A stretch of DNA of 64,000 nt from a virus. This document shows, piece by piece, positions 8,738 to 19,265 of the stretch. The translations under genes were made by a program, and so were the position numbers. The first letter of the stretch is position 1. Every line of letters begins with the position of its first letter. The DNA is taken from positions 1 to 64,000 of IMG/VR virus record IMGVR_UViG_3300038722_000002; one strand, written 5' to 3'. The notes below the pieces were generated by a model. That model saw only the letters and a program-made list of their open reading frames with translations. It did not search any database and was not told the DNA's origin.

Positions 8738-10189
8738 CTACACGTTTGTCTCTACTGTGGGGATACATGATTGTGATACTGCCGAGTCAGTAATGGTGAA
8801 GGCTGTTAATGCCTGCGTAACACCACCATCACCTTCACACAAGAACACGACATTCGTACTACCGTCAGTTGTGTAGTCGTGAGAGAATGAAACATAGGTG
8901 TTTGCACCAGAGATAAACGGTGAGGTATTATCTGCAACACCTTTAACCTCAGCACTATTTGCATCTTCATAAGTTGCTGCTGCTGCTGTATCGTAGTTGG
9001 CAGCTAAGAAGCAGTGGAACCAAGCCTCTGTATCAGCTATAGCGCCTGAACCAAGCTCTACTTGAACTGGAGTAAATACTGGATATACAGCAGTCAAACC
9101 ATTATCATCTAGGAACTCAACCTGAGTTAAGTCACTGACTGGCAAGTCTTCAATAAACACACCAAGACCATCGCCAGCACCAGTGATAGGACGAACCTTA
9201 CCTGATGGGGTATACGTATACCAAGTATCATAATCTTTACCGTTTAAAGACGCTGTACCATCTGTGACAATAGCATCAGCTTGTGCTATTGCATCTAGGT
9301 AAGCAACACATTGTGCTAAAGAGCCTCCACCTGTGTTATGTAGTATCCACGAGAAATCAGCATCAGGGCCAGCAAAACCTGTTTCGGTCTGTGGTGTAGC
9401 TAGTTTCTCTAAACTCATACCGTCCCAAGGTGATATTGGCGTAGTGTAAACATCTGCCAGATTATAGTCACCAGAGGTTAGGTGGTTGCTTTCGTTCAAA
9501 GCGGCACCAGTAGAGTACCCACCAAGCTCAGCAATACCTAGAGTTCCCGCAGTATCAATACGGTCATAGTTCTGACCATATGTACGAATACTCATGTACA
9601 TTGCTGCGGCAGTATTATCTAGTGTTGGTGTACCTGTAGCTGCATCATCTTGATATACAAGTACGGCTTCATCAATGTTACCACCCTTAGCGAAATCAAT
9701 AGAAGAAGCATATTGTGAAGGTTGCCAGTATGGTGTAGATGTTGGTAAGATTGCACCAAGACCTTTAGGGCCGAAATACTTACGTGTAATAACACCAGCA
9801 GCGTTAATCTCATCCCAACCAGAGCCTCGATGAAGCGCTCTTGTAGCATCATTAGCTGGCTTACGTCCATTAACAAATTTGTATGAACCACCGAACTTAA
9901 ACGTACCTTGTGTCCAGCGTTTATACTTACGAAGGTCTTCATCAACTTTACGCTCTTGGTTTTCAAAAGCATAAGTAGCTTCCATCTTAACACCATCAAG
10001 ACGGATAAGTGGGTTTGGGTCAGTGGCACCACCACCATGCGAGGTTAAATCTAAGGTTGGATAATCTGTAGCATCACCATACTCAAGTGTGCCTGCTGCC
10101 TTGTCAAAGAATACGTTACCATCTGTAAAGGAATTACTTGAGGCTTGAAACAAGCTTGTAGCGTAGTTGGATAGATCAATAGTAGCCAT
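8738..10189 (-). CDS. Putative virion structural protein
   Basis: 483-aa Gly/Thr/Asp-rich ORF with highly-expressed codon usage, in the late operon. Confidence 0.75.
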   Translation of the reverse strand: MATIDLSNYATSLFQASSNSFTDGNVFFDKAAGTLEYGDATDYPTLDLTSHGGGATDPNPLIRLDGVKMEATYAFENQERKVDEDLRKYKRWTQGTFKFGGSYKFVNGRKPANDATRALHRGSGWDEINAAGVITRKYFGPKGLGAILPTSTPYWQPSQYASSIDFAKGGNIDEAVLVYQDDAATGTPTLDNTAAAMYMSIRTYGQNYDRIDTAGTLGIAELGGYSTGAALNESNHLTSGDYNLADVYTTPISPWDGMSLEKLATPQTETGFAGPDADFSWILHNTGGGSLAQCVAYLDAIAQADAIVTDGTASLNGKDYDTWYTYTPSGKVRPITGAGDGLGVFIEDLPVSDLTQVEFLDDNGLTAVYPVFTPVQVELGSGAIADTEAWFHCFLAANYDTAAAATYEDANSAEVKGVADNTSPFISGANTYVSFSHDYTTDGSTNVVFLCEGDGGVTQALTAFTITDSAVSQSCIPTVETNV

Positions 10190-10203
10190 TGTTTAGTTCA
10201 TTC

Positions 10204-10554
10204 CTATTTTATAATTAATGTTGTTTCATTGGTGGTTGGAATATCAAACTTTAACCCTACTGGGCTGCAATTAGTCCATCTAAGATGACGACGTAAAAGC
10301 TCGCCCTCATCAGAGCGTCTAATGCTAATTTCAAATGCGTACAATGCTTGCGCAGTGACACCTCCTATATTAGATAAGGAGTTTTCGTGGGTTGAACTAA
10401 GCCCCTTGCGCGATAGGTCTAGTGTAGGATGCAGTTCTTTTGTACCTAGCTCGACAGTTTTATTTTCAGTGTTAAAGAATACATTACCATCCAAGAATTG
10501 ATCTGTTGAAGATAAGAACAGATTTTCCCTATAGTTATTAATATCAATAATCAT
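10204..10554 (-). CDS. Short paralog of the N-terminus of 8738-10189
   Basis: IDINNY..LF..S..F.DGNVFF...HPTLDL...GV...A.YAFE...R shared with the downstream gene. Confidence 0.7.
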   Translation of the reverse strand: MIIDINNYRENLFLSSTDQFLDGNVFFNTENKTVELGTKELHPTLDLSRKGLSSTHENSLSNIGGVTAQALYAFEISIRRSDEGELLRRHLRWTNCSPVGLKFDIPTTNETTLIIK

Positions 10555-10555
10555 C

Positions 10556-10864
10556 TTAGTTTTCCTCAGAGATGATATGTTGCTCTAGTGCGTTTGCTAG
10601 TCTTAGGTTTTCCTGTTGTAGCAGCTCAAAAGATTTTCTTGCACCCTTCTCAGCAGCCAGTAGTTTCTGCTCGAACTCACCTTCTGCGCGTCTCTTACCT
10701 TCAGAGTAAGCTTGTTCAAGTAGCTTGCTTACCTGATCCCTTATTGCAAAAGTTTCTTGTGCTGTTGTTGCTGGATGTAGGGAGTAAAGAACCTCCCCCT
10801 CTAAGCTGACAACCCAAGGGCCATCCCCTTGCTTATTGGCTGACGCTTTGGTCATATCAATCAT
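10556..10864 (-). CDS. Coiled-coil hypothetical protein
   Basis: 102-aa ORF coupled to the upstream gene. Confidence 0.7.
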   Translation of the reverse strand: MIDMTKASANKQGDGPWVVSLEGEVLYSLHPATTAQETFAIRDQVSKLLEQAYSEGKRRAEGEFEQKLLAAEKGARKSFELLQQENLRLANALEQHIISEEN

Positions 10865-12143
10865 TATTATCTACCTGTAGGTTTGGAATTACTGTTTGGT
10901 TTTCACTTCCTAGTATGATCGGCTGGGCCAATTCAACGTAGGTAGGGTGCATTATTTGTAAAGTAGTATTAGTGTCTGTAACGTATTCATAAGAGTATAT
11001 GTAGGTATCTGATACAGCATCCTCTATACCTGTTAGCTCAACACGAGAGGCTAATGGGTCTGGGTCTGTGACATACAACCTAAGCTCTGCCCCTATTGGG
11101 ACGTTTACGATAGTCAGTGTGGACTGTTGTGTTACTGTCTCAACAGTACCAGCACTAGCAAACGAACTTGTACTATTATAATTATTCCATCTAGTTTGAA
11201 TAACATCTACAGGAGTAAGTACTGGAGTATTTCTTGTGAAACGTAGGCTACTTATTGAACAGTTTGTGTTGGGGTACTGTACAGGCTTTGCGGGAGTATC
11301 TGCACCAGACAACCACTTCAATCGCTCTATGTCTGAAGAAAAAGCTCCGCTACTATGCAATACACCATCTAGGTAATAGTACACCGTACCGCTTTCCCTA
11401 TAGAAAGCAACATGGTGCCAAATACTCCAATCCAGCCACTGAGCGCCACCAATACTGGTGTCTCGTAAAACAAGAGCACCATAGTTGATACCTATGCCAA
11501 CAGAACCTACCCCAGAGAAGTAGTCCACTGGCGAGAAGACATTCTGAGTACCTGCGGTTGGTGCTGTCCCGTTGAAATTAACAAGAAACTCAAAATAGAA
11601 GTCACCAGATATATTCATCTCTTCTTCTAAGATTGCGTAGTTGTCTTGAAGTATGTTCCAAGCCTTCTGCCCAGCCACCTTACCATTGACATGTACTGGC
11701 GTACCTTTCTCTGATAGGGCGTTGTATGTTCCAGCTGAGTCTTTTGCAGTCTTAAAACCATCACCTACTGTAGCTTCTTGGAAGTGTATAGCTGCGTAAT
11801 ACTCAGACCAAACTGTACTTAACGGAAGCTGTGCCGAAGGATTGCCCCAGAACAAATAGACTATAGTATCAACAGACCCAGACAATGCTGTCTTTACATG
11901 CACTACGATCTCATCAGCCGATTTATCAATCATTTGAATATCAAAATCCAAAAGATTATTGCCGTTGACATCTGTAGCGAATCTAATGTCAGAACCATCT
12001 AAATTACAACCACCTACGTCAGCTAAAAGTTCTGCTGGGACATTAGAGGCGTTCAGCAATACTTGTGCAGCGGCTATATCGCCTGTTACTAGAGAATTAG
12101 TAATAGTAATAGGGCACTTCTTTGACCATCCATTAAGTGCCAT
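10857..12143 (-). CDS. DUF2341 plus LamG/ConA-like domain structural protein
   Basis: DGSDIRFATD and VYLFWGNP (DUF2341); WHHVAFYRESGTVYYYLDG (LamG). Confidence 0.75.
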   Translation of the reverse strand: MALNGWSKKCPITITNSLVTGDIAAAQVLLNASNVPAELLADVGGCNLDGSDIRFATDVNGNNLLDFDIQMIDKSADEIVVHVKTALSGSVDTIVYLFWGNPSAQLPLSTVWSEYYAAIHFQEATVGDGFKTAKDSAGTYNALSEKGTPVHVNGKVAGQKAWNILQDNYAILEEEMNISGDFYFEFLVNFNGTAPTAGTQNVFSPVDYFSGVGSVGIGINYGALVLRDTSIGGAQWLDWSIWHHVAFYRESGTVYYYLDGVLHSSGAFSSDIERLKWLSGADTPAKPVQYPNTNCSISSLRFTRNTPVLTPVDVIQTRWNNYNSTSSFASAGTVETVTQQSTLTIVNVPIGAELRLYVTDPDPLASRVELTGIEDAVSDTYIYSYEYVTDTNTTLQIMHPTYVELAQPIILGSENQTVIPNLQVDNND

Positions 12144-12391
12144 TAGACCTCTCCTACCATTGGTATGAACTCGGTTTGTACTGGCCCCTTAACAACGTAA
12201 GTGGATGAGCCAAACTCTAACCTTCCATTACTATCAATAGAGAACCGCCATTCGTCAGGGAAAGTTGTTTCTAGGAAGCCTATATTCTCTAGGTGGATGT
12301 AGTCAAAAGATACTCCATTGAAATCCAAAGTCCACACATCACCTATCCACAAGCCATCACTTGTTTCATCTGCAATCACTTGTATTAACAT
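12143..12391 (-). CDS. Hypothetical protein
   Basis: 82-aa ORF with GAGG RBS. Confidence 0.65.
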   Translation of the reverse strand: MLIQVIADETSDGLWIGDVWTLDFNGVSFDYIHLENIGFLETTFPDEWRFSIDSNGRLEFGSSTYVVKGPVQTEFIPMVGEV

Positions 12392-12417
12392 AAACGCCTC
12401 TTTTATTGTTTCTACTA

Positions 12418-14214
12418 TTATACAGCCAACTTTCGACCCTCAGCAGTGATCGACCCGATAGCAGGGGCAAAAGTGTTGCCTGTTACTTCATCGAGATCCC
12501 ATGCGTGCGTCGTGCCCGTTGGGTATGTAACACCGTCATCATCTGTAGCCACTACAGTACCGTTAGCAATCCATAGTCGCTCAATCTGACCCTGCCAACC
12601 AGTGTTGTCATAGCTGTAGCTAGTTAGGTGGACGTCTCGATTCACTGGGTTAGAGAATTGCAGATCTAGGGTATTGGCGAACGTAGAGTCCCAATAGCTT
12701 GAGATGCTGTACTCGTAGTATTTAACACCATCAACATAAAAGCTCAGTGTAGTTCCCGACACCGTTACACGAACAACAGCGCCAGCAGGGAAGCCATTAG
12801 CTGGCAATGTGGTAACTTCTGTGCTGTCATACGTTCGACTTGCGCCATTACCAACAATCATCTCTGAGTAGGTAGCATCATGGCCTATAGCAACCGCCAT
12901 CCAGTTGCGGCCTTCACGGCTGAACATCCCGCGGCCCATGCCGTCTTTTGGCCAAGCGTCAACGAGAGTGAAGCCAAAACTATGATGACCAGCTTTGGTC
13001 AATACGTTGTCTAGTGAAGCATCATTGCCAAAATGAATGTACTGGAAGCCAGTCCCCCAATGAACGTCTGTTCGGTCGCTTGGGTAATAGGTTGCTCCTA
13101 CCGTGTAGTTAAATTCACTTGATTCAGTAGGCTGTTCTATAGAATTTTCGTAAGCTGTTGAACCTATAAATAATGTAGATAAAGAATCTACGAAACCTAA
13201 ATTACTATTGTTAGTGGGGCTATTCACAAAATCATAGCCAGTCTTCGTTATTAATTGCCATTGTGAACTAAATTCTGAATAGACTAAAGCTGTATCTGAT
13301 GCTCCATCCTTAACAAACATATAGTGACCTCCACCTGATTTCCATACTGCATTTCCTGAGAAGGTGTCTTCTGTTACTAAGGTATAAGAAGGCAATGTTT
13401 TTCTAGTGTACGTACCATCAAAACCAAAGTAACCTGAAATCTCTAACACTGAATAGTCAGTAGCTCCGCCCTCAGCTATGTCTTGACTTGTAGGTGCAAC
13501 TAAGTCGTATGTTAGTGATGTTGTAATATCAGTTGACAGCCCATCAACCAAAGTAGAAGGATCGGTTGATGAACCAATAAACACTGCCCAGTAGTTGTAG
13601 CCTGTAGGGGATATCAGATAGTTCCAAGTACCGTCGCCGTTATCTTTTACATAGATGGGCCATGCAGCATCCTCAATCAACGTACCGTTACTTGCGCCCG
13701 CTGTTCTGCCGTGAAAAGCAGTCTTAATGTAATACTCGGTATTATCAGTATTTGACGTGCTAATACGCATGAACGGATACGGGTTCAAGGCATTGGTGAA
13801 CTCAAGAACCCCTTGTGATGCTCGAATCTCCCAATCAATCTGATATGCAGCCGATGTTCCAGCAGGGTTTGAAGCTGTCACAAAGAAAGTGCCAGAACCA
13901 GTTGCCGCAGTAGTCGTATAAGTAATCACACCGCTAGAAGTGTCAAAACTAAACTCGGCAGGCAGAGTTCCGCTAGACACCGACCATAGAGTGAAAGGTT
14001 GAGACCCAGACAAAATAATTGGGGCAATTGTGCCTGAGCTGTCAACATTAACCTCTACTGATGGATATGCAAAGGTGGGCGCAGTAAAAACGTCACCTTC
14101 AAGCATCCAATCAACAACGTCAAAGGCATCATTTACCTTTTCCCAAGCAACCCTGTTCACATCGCCAGTGCCGTCATTTGGGGCAGCGCCTACATTGATT
14201 TTTTCAAGTGTCAT
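12418..14214 (-). CDS. Tail fibre or appendage protein with Ig-like and LamG-like domains
   Basis: N-terminal INVGAAPNDGTGD motif (T4 gp9/gp10-like); SGTLP..F.FDTSSGVI Ig segment; C-terminal LSFYVDG...WQGQI LamG-like. Confidence 0.75.
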   Translation of the reverse strand: MTLEKINVGAAPNDGTGDVNRVAWEKVNDAFDVVDWMLEGDVFTAPTFAYPSVEVNVDSSGTIAPIILSGSQPFTLWSVSSGTLPAEFSFDTSSGVITYTTTAATGSGTFFVTASNPAGTSAAYQIDWEIRASQGVLEFTNALNPYPFMRISTSNTDNTEYYIKTAFHGRTAGASNGTLIEDAAWPIYVKDNGDGTWNYLISPTGYNYWAVFIGSSTDPSTLVDGLSTDITTSLTYDLVAPTSQDIAEGGATDYSVLEISGYFGFDGTYTRKTLPSYTLVTEDTFSGNAVWKSGGGHYMFVKDGASDTALVYSEFSSQWQLITKTGYDFVNSPTNNSNLGFVDSLSTLFIGSTAYENSIEQPTESSEFNYTVGATYYPSDRTDVHWGTGFQYIHFGNDASLDNVLTKAGHHSFGFTLVDAWPKDGMGRGMFSREGRNWMAVAIGHDATYSEMIVGNGASRTYDSTEVTTLPANGFPAGAVVRVTVSGTTLSFYVDGVKYYEYSISSYWDSTFANTLDLQFSNPVNRDVHLTSYSYDNTGWQGQIERLWIANGTVVATDDDGVTYPTGTTHAWDLDEVTGNTFAPAIGSITAEGRKLAV

Positions 14215-14226
14215 TGTAAATTCCTA

Positions 14227-15459
14227 TTAAGTTTGATCAGCGGTGTATGCTGTTGTATCTACCGTTATGTCGGTGGCATCAGTAGTCGGTGCTGATGAAG
14301 GTGTGATCGGGGTTGTAATTTCTAACCTATGCGCGTATGCCTTTCGCTGTTCCTCATTAAACACTGAGATCAGCACCGAGCCTGTAACAGACTCCAAATC
14401 ACCGCCTATATAGTTAGGCATTGGGTGGTCTACATCACCAAGGTCTAGCGTTAATGTACCCTCAGTCACCGTTACAGTCTTCGGCAATACCAGCGCGTCA
14501 TTCTCGCCAGCGTATTGCTGTACACCTGTTAGCAGCGAGTTGTCCGCTATGTATTGCGATTTAGCGAACGGAACTGATTCGTGAGTGCTTACAACCTGAT
14601 TGGTAAACTCAAGCGTCAAATCATCATCATCGGCAGCATTGCGCGTAATCCAGCGAGTTTTCCAGCCCGTATTGGTTAGCGGCATTGCGTCAAACGCATT
14701 ATTAACGTCCGTTAGTGATTCCTCGTAACCCTGCTTAACATCAATGTCGAATGTAGTAGCTGTGCGATTACTCACCCAACTGGTTACATCAACATCGAAC
14801 GGAATTGTTGCGAAGTCGTCCAAAGATGCCTGAAATCTGAACGGTGCCGTGGTCGATAGATCAGTACCCGTGCCAGACTTTATGCCGTCTGAATCTATTA
14901 GGCTTGGCTCTGTTAGTGCTGGCCCGCCAGCCTGTACTGTGAACTGTGAGTGAGTGATAGCCGCATAGGCATTGGAACCCCCCGTACCTTTTGAAAATGT
15001 TAGGGATATTTCGCCATTAGCGGGTGCAACAACCTGCAAGCCAGAATAAGGCTCTGCTGGCGCATCTATGGCGCTCCCCGTGTAGTCAAACACCACTGGA
15101 GCGCCGTCACCCTGTATTGTTACTAAAGTTCCTGCGTCACTACCAAGGTAGTTAGACCCGCCAAATGTAACAATATCACCAGCGGTAAAGCCTGTGTAGG
15201 TGATTGTTGTGGAAACCCCAAGCGCAGAGCGGACAGAGTATTGCCACATTTGCTGGTCAAGCCCCCAGTGAGGTTGAGTAGCCCACGCCAATGCCTGCAC
15301 ATACGATCCCAGATCGGTATCAAGCCGAACGGAGTAAGGACTAGGGAGTCCATCATCTGTTAAAGCTTGGGTCTGACCTGATGTTAGGAGGCTGCAATTC
15401 TGCCACCCCGACTGGGCAGCTGGGGCTGCGGAGTTACCATATCTTATTTTAACCGCCAT
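14227..15459 (-). CDS. Putative virion appendage or receptor-binding protein
   Basis: 410-aa Thr/Gly-rich beta protein ending TTDATDITVDTTAYTAD. Confidence 0.7.
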   Translation of the reverse strand: MAVKIRYGNSAAPAAQSGWQNCSLLTSGQTQALTDDGLPSPYSVRLDTDLGSYVQALAWATQPHWGLDQQMWQYSVRSALGVSTTITYTGFTAGDIVTFGGSNYLGSDAGTLVTIQGDGAPVVFDYTGSAIDAPAEPYSGLQVVAPANGEISLTFSKGTGGSNAYAAITHSQFTVQAGGPALTEPSLIDSDGIKSGTGTDLSTTAPFRFQASLDDFATIPFDVDVTSWVSNRTATTFDIDVKQGYEESLTDVNNAFDAMPLTNTGWKTRWITRNAADDDDLTLEFTNQVVSTHESVPFAKSQYIADNSLLTGVQQYAGENDALVLPKTVTVTEGTLTLDLGDVDHPMPNYIGGDLESVTGSVLISVFNEEQRKAYAHRLEITTPITPSSAPTTDATDITVDTTAYTADQT

Positions 15460-17075
15460 TATGCATCACCTACTTGAACCGATGTAATCTGAACACCATC
15501 AGCCCCAATTATATTTAGGAATCTTGAAGAAATGTCGACTTCATTATAGAAGAAACCCATCTCGACACTATCAACCACAATTTGCCCAGAAGCCCATGAC
15601 CCGATAGTTAGTGGCGTGAATTTTTTAGCTAATGTTATGTCAGCGTTATCTGAAATCACAACTCTTGCTCTAGCGCCTTCACCACCAGTTATATATGTGT
15701 GCGAGGAAATCGCATAACAATCACCAGCTCTGCTCATGCCTCGAACAAAGGCAGGGAACTTAACTCTATCGACAAAAAACTTATCTGCTACATCAGCAGG
15801 AGGTGTTGCAGTCTTGAGGTCGTAATCGGCAGCAACACCAATATTGTTACAGAAGTTGCCTCGCTCGGTATCAGTCAGACGGTAATCAAGCAAACCATCC
15901 TTTGCACCATACGCCGTACCCAGATAATCGTATTTCTCGACAACATATTGCTCTCGCTGACTCTCAGCTATTGCTGGTGCAACATTAGTGCTTGTAAAAT
16001 TCTCACCCGATGGGAAAGTCGCATCAATACTTTGTAATCCGTTTGAGCTTAACGAAAGAGTTGTCCCTAGCCACGCATCAAAAGAATCCACATATCCTGC
16101 TACTGTCCCGCCGAACATATCGATGTGACTTGCTTTATCTCCATCGTCCGACTCCATTAACCACATCGATTTAACGCCTGATCGATACCCGATACCTTTG
16201 ACTGCAAATACATCTGCATTAGCTTGATTCGCATCTGGGTAAGTAACAACTTGGTAGCAATATGTATTCTTATAATCCGCACCAAAAACCGCATCAATCT
16301 TTTTAAATTGAAGACCATCGATATTTAATACAAAGTAGCAACTGGCGTTAATCGCAATTGCTGATGGATCATTGACCGTACCATTTATGGCTAGAGTGTA
16401 ATAACTGCCCGAATCTATGACGCTAGTTATTTTCTCAGCTATCGCTGGCGCTGTCTGCCCAACAACCTCTCTTGAGGTCATTTGGTAAGCACCTATAAAC
16501 TCTGCCGTTCTATCAGTCGAGTTTTCGTCCGTTTTACTGATTAGAATGCTTGTGCTGTCGGTTGACACACTAAAGAATCCTGCCGCTGGTGCGGAATCGC
16601 TGACCCCTGCATACTGGTAATTCATTAGTGCAGCCGCAGCCCCCTCCGCCCCAACAATTATGCCCTTGCCTGCTGGTAAATTCGCTGCGGACGTTACTAC
16701 AGGTGAACCGTAAAAACTTGGGGAAACTGTACTTGTGCCGTCAAAACTTCCTACAGGTACATCGACATCATCTGTAAGTCCTTCGTAGGTGTTAATTAAT
16801 AAATTAACAGGCCCGACAGCGCCGAAATCATAGGTGCCATCCGTAGTGATTGTGATTGATTCCCCCTGCGCAATATTGCCAGTAACAACCAACGCGCCTG
16901 CTGGTATTGATGTGTCTTTAGTCCCACCACTACCATTACCATCACTATACCAAAATAAGGCAGTCGATGACGGAAGCGAGGGAAGCAGACCACCGCCACC
17001 TCCTCCAGCACCTCCATGACCTATTGCACCACGTATCGCGCACCGTATAGCTTTCGTCAGTGCTTTTCTTATCAT
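15459..17075 (-). CDS. Putative fibre or receptor-binding protein
   Basis: Likely start MIRKALTKAIRCAIRGAIG followed by a poly-Gly linker; ORF track 15459-17117. Confidence 0.7.
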   Translation of the reverse strand: MIRKALTKAIRCAIRGAIGHGGAGGGGGGLLPSLPSSTALFWYSDGNGSGGTKDTSIPAGALVVTGNIAQGESITITTDGTYDFGAVGPVNLLINTYEGLTDDVDVPVGSFDGTSTVSPSFYGSPVVTSAANLPAGKGIIVGAEGAAAALMNYQYAGVSDSAPAAGFFSVSTDSTSILISKTDENSTDRTAEFIGAYQMTSREVVGQTAPAIAEKITSVIDSGSYYTLAINGTVNDPSAIAINASCYFVLNIDGLQFKKIDAVFGADYKNTYCYQVVTYPDANQANADVFAVKGIGYRSGVKSMWLMESDDGDKASHIDMFGGTVAGYVDSFDAWLGTTLSLSSNGLQSIDATFPSGENFTSTNVAPAIAESQREQYVVEKYDYLGTAYGAKDGLLDYRLTDTERGNFCNNIGVAADYDLKTATPPADVADKFFVDRVKFPAFVRGMSRAGDCYAISSHTYITGGEGARARVVISDNADITLAKKFTPLTIGSWASGQIVVDSVEMGFFYNEVDISSRFLNIIGADGVQITSVQVGDA

Positions 17076-17156
17076 ATCAACCTTCTTATTTATTTCACCA
17101 GTAGTAGAGAGCGCCAAGCTTATCTGATTTCAGCCGTTAAAAATCCGTAGTTAGGT

Positions 17157-17579
17157 TCATAGCGACTCCACCTCATAGACTACCTCGTTGTAGCCACCCT
17201 TGATCTCAGCCAACCCATTCTTACCCGTGGCTGTAGTTGAAGCAGATCGAGCCTGAAGCGCCACAGTATAGGTTCCCGCCTGAAGCTCTACATTAGCGTG
17301 GACTGGCATGATTCCATAATGCTGTTCAGTACCAACGATATTACAACCAGTCACTGACCCCCTAATCTGGGAGCCGTTAAGTAGGAGCCTCATGGCTACC
17401 ATTACCGCCTTATCCTTTGTGCCATAAACTCCGCGATGATGACAATCAATATGCCCAGAGGCTCGGAAAATACTCGGCTCATCAATAGTGAACTCCCAGT
17501 TGAATTGAGAGATGGTTGTCATTGCCTCTGGGAGATCGGGCGACCACCCTTCAACTGATAATGCTTTACGCTGCTTCAT
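17157..17579 (-). CDS. Hypothetical beta-sandwich protein
   Basis: Likely ATG at 17579 after GAGG; LQAGTYTVALQARS jelly-roll-like segment. Confidence 0.65.
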   Translation of the reverse strand: MKQRKALSVEGWSPDLPEAMTTISQFNWEFTIDEPSIFRASGHIDCHHRGVYGTKDKAVMVAMRLLLNGSQIRGSVTGCNIVGTEQHYGIMPVHANVELQAGTYTVALQARSASTTATGKNGLAEIKGGYNEVVYEVESL

Positions 17580-17859
17580 GGTAATTGAACCTCGTCCAGC
17601 CAAATAACCGAACTATTAGAAAAAAGAGAATTGCTTGAGTAAATCGGATTAGGCGTCGACCACCTTTATGTCGTAAGGTGTCTCGTTTCATTGCTAACCA
17701 AAACTTCCAGTCGCACTCAAAGCGATATAGCTCATCACCACCTTTAACATAACCTTCATCGTGTTTATTGCACGATGCCTCAAAGAACCAGTCAAACAAA
17801 AAAGACTTGATCCACCGAGGCATCCAAGCAGGGCCGCAACCATTAGGCTGCTGGGTCAT
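17566..17859 (-). CDS. Phospholipase A2-like / DUF1353-like protein
   Basis: NGCGP...CNKHD..Y..GG...CD.KF...M...VRLFG. Confidence 0.65.
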   Translation of the reverse strand: MTQQPNGCGPAWMPRWIKSFLFDWFFEASCNKHDEGYVKGGDELYRFECDWKFWLAMKRDTLRHKGGRRLIRFTQAILFFLIVRLFGWTRFNYHEAA

Positions 17860-18286
17860 AGGTATCCCATATCTGCATTGCTGCCAACTGTCCAGCCGAA
17901 AGTGCTGTTTTTAGCTCTCCAAGGGTAACAGGATGCTTCACATTATCAACCATAACCCAGCCAATGAATGGAATACCTTGGGCCTCCATCACCTCGATTG
18001 CGTTTCGGATATTGCTCTCATCCCTCTGTCGAACCTGCATAACTCGACCATCACCAAAATCATGGACTAACGCATCTAAATCTTGATCGCGTTTTTTCTT
18101 GGCTTCTATGTTGGCAAGATAGGACGCAAGTGATGAATCAGTCATGTAAGGTAAAATACCCTCGATGGTTTCATCTGCTAAATTTAGCTTCTCCATTTCA
18201 TCTAAAGTGTATTCAACACCACTAATTTCAACGCTTGTATTTTCAGGGTTTAACCATCTGTCAATTAACGCACTCATTATTTCCAT
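17843..18286 (-). CDS. DUF4376-like tail fibre assembly protein
   Basis: Q...RD..NI...W...DN....VT..EL pattern; follows the fibre gene. Confidence 0.65.
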   Translation of the reverse strand: MEIMSALIDRWLNPENTSVEISGVEYTLDEMEKLNLADETIEGILPYMTDSSLASYLANIEAKKKRDQDLDALVHDFGDGRVMQVRQRDESNIRNAIEVMEAQGIPFIGWVMVDNVKHPVTLGELKTALSAGQLAAMQIWDTYDPAA

Positions 18287-18903
18287 CTCCCCTCAGCTAC
18301 AATGGAAGTCCAACAGCTACCACCAGTACCCGTCGCTGTTGTTACATAACGAATAGCAACTTCATCCTTGCTCGCTGCGGTTCCGCCATTCACCGTAAAC
18401 GCATAACCATTGCGATTGCCAGTGATATTATTAGCTGTAACATTTACCGAATGGGGTTCAGTCGCGACAGCTATAAAGCTGGTCGGATATTGCAATGTTA
18501 CATTAGTTGTTGTGGCAGTTGTAACAGGGACATTTCCTGCGAAAACTAATCTAAGCCGACCGCTAGGGTACTTATACTGAGTCCATGTATAAGAGCCTTC
18601 CGTCTCACGAGTTACAACAGGGTTGTCAATTGCTAGTTGCCATGTCCCTGTTAAGTCACCAACAGGATTGACGTTTGTGTTCGTTATATTGCAGACATAT
18701 AAGTTAGTGTCCGATTTGACTATACTAAGACCACCTGTATACTCCAAGGTGTTATCCCATTCAGTTACCACGTCCTGCGAATGAGTGAAGTCGTTTACAG
18801 TTATTTTCTTATCAGATCCCCCTTGTCTTAAATGTAAAAGGTCTGTCTTGTTAGTCGTAACTGTTGGGGGTAAATCAGGTAACTGTTTATCTAAATCTGC
18901 CAT
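18277..18903 (-). CDS. Short tail fibre protein
   Basis: N-terminal LPDLP...DLLHLRQGGSDKKITV; EWDNTLEY segment; C-terminal KYPSG...YPTSF...AEGRWK gp53-like domain. Confidence 0.75.
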   Translation of the reverse strand: MADLDKQLPDLPPTVTTNKTDLLHLRQGGSDKKITVNDFTHSQDVVTEWDNTLEYTGGLSIVKSDTNLYVCNITNTNVNPVGDLTGTWQLAIDNPVVTRETEGSYTWTQYKYPSGRLRLVFAGNVPVTTATTTNVTLQYPTSFIAVATEPHSVNVTANNITGNRNGYAFTVNGGTAASKDEVAIRYVTTATGTGGSCWTSIVAEGRWK

Positions 18904-18905
18904 TA

Positions 18906-19265
18906 TTAATTAACCTTCTTAAAGTATTTAACTGTTTCTGCGCCTAGAACCTGAGAGTGAAACTCTTCCCAATCACCACCTAATCTTGCACTCACCGATG
19001 CGTCATCCTCTGTTGCCAATATCGTTGTGTAGACTGAACCTACTACATATAATTCATCTAGGTAACGCACCCATAGTCCTATTAGGTTAAGGGTTTGGTT
19101 TAAGAATTGACGGAAGGGGTTTTGTCTGTATAGGATTCCTGATAGTCGATATTCAGGAGGGACAACTGCCTTGTTGGTATAGGAAGTCTCCACCCCCTCA
19201 GAGTTAAGTTTGACTTCTACGACATCCTCTGTTGCAAAGTCAGGATAATCTGTGGGTTTACTCAT
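18906..19265 (-). CDS. Tail fibre / baseplate-associated protein
   Basis: KPTDYPDFAT...RQFLNQTLNLIGLWVRYL motif typical of myovirus fibre N-termini. Confidence 0.7.
   Translation of the reverse strand: MSKPTDYPDFATEDVVEVKLNSEGVETSYTNKAVVPPEYRLSGILYRQNPFRQFLNQTLNLIGLWVRYLDELYVVGSVYTTILATEDDASVSARLGGDWEEFHSQVLGAETVKYFKKVN

Noticed and set aside
12418-18903. Diversity-generating retroelement or invertible fibre cassette
   Set aside because: No reverse transcriptase, invertase or TR/VR repeat pair was seen
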